64,000 nt of DNA, from NCBI RefSeq assembly GCF_000002075.1, contig NW_004797603.1:630935-694934 (forward strand). The letters run 5' to 3'. The translations under genes were made by a program, and so were the position numbers. The notes under the pieces are model-generated. The model was given only the letters and a program-made list of their open reading frames with translations. It searched no databases and had not been told where the DNA came from. Within the stretch, counting starts at the first letter, position 1, and each line of letters opens with the position of its first letter. Of the stretch, positions 63,433 through 64,000 are shown piece after piece. Source of the DNA: Aplysia californica. Lineage: Eukaryota.

Positions 63433-63845
63433 CAGGGGACTAGAGGTTAAGGTGTTCGCCTCTCATTCAAAGGTCCTGTGTTTGAATCCACGTAGCGACG
63501 GAAAAATTTTCTTCTTTTTCAACTCCTGTCCTGCTCTCTAACAATGTTCTGCCGTCTCCACTTTTGCCCCCTCACCTCCTTGGCCCCCTCCTCTGGGCTC
63601 TTGACCCTTTCTGCAGCCTTTGTACTGCTACTCCTTGGCTCCTTCTTACTGCTGTCTTTCAGCAACAACCCTGATCTTATGGTAGGAAAGATCTACACCT
63701 AGCCTTTTCAGATAAAGGGTGAAAAATCTTGGAGGTCCAGTGTGCAAGTTGCGCACGTTAAAGATCCCTTGGTGGTCTAAAATCAATACGAGCACGCTTT
63801 GGCTGCCACCCGGGCAAAATTCAAAATTTCCTACCAACTGAAAAT
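63433..63845 (+). mobile_element. tRNA-derived SINE copy, 3' end cut by a CAGAGATGCCAAC element at ~63854
   Basis: Colinear with 30265-30690. Confidence 0.85.
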
Positions 63846-64000
63846 GTCTAATGCAGAGATGCCAACCACAGAAAACCGAAATGAGTACTGGGAAATATGA
63901 AAATGTGTATTTTCAGGGGGAAATGTGTATTCCCCATGACTGACCGACCAACTAAAATTCAGGGTGTCCAGCAATATTTCCTGAAAAAAATTTACCGCTC

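Overview
AT-rich, transposon-dense animal genomic DNA with spliceosomal GT-AG introns and three N-gaps. The repeat types suggest an invertebrate, possibly a mollusc (inference). Two minus-strand protein-coding genes lie in tandem. One is a complete 5-coding-exon 14-3-3 epsilon (YWHAE) gene (26760->4542, 780 nt, 259 aa). The other is the last 9 coding exons of GGNBP2/ZNF403 (62912->42183; the 5' exons lie beyond the window). All splice junctions were read by hand and are phase-compatible. Introns and the intergenic region hold decayed piggyBac, mariner, pogo/Tigger and L2 elements, a tRNA-headed Deu/Nin-type SINE family and many MITEs. I found no clear-cut new multi-gene system. The most notable observations are: (i) a 12x38-bp intronic minisatellite whose units are splice donors plus polypyrimidine tracts, born from a dispersed repeat; (ii) several CAGG-terminated elements with 6-bp TSDs; (iii) a three-level hAT>piggyBac>Tigger nest beside a 410-bp tandem duplication; (iv) candidate poison or alternative exons in both genes; (v) dense TAGATCTA/TAGGCCTA palindrome clusters.
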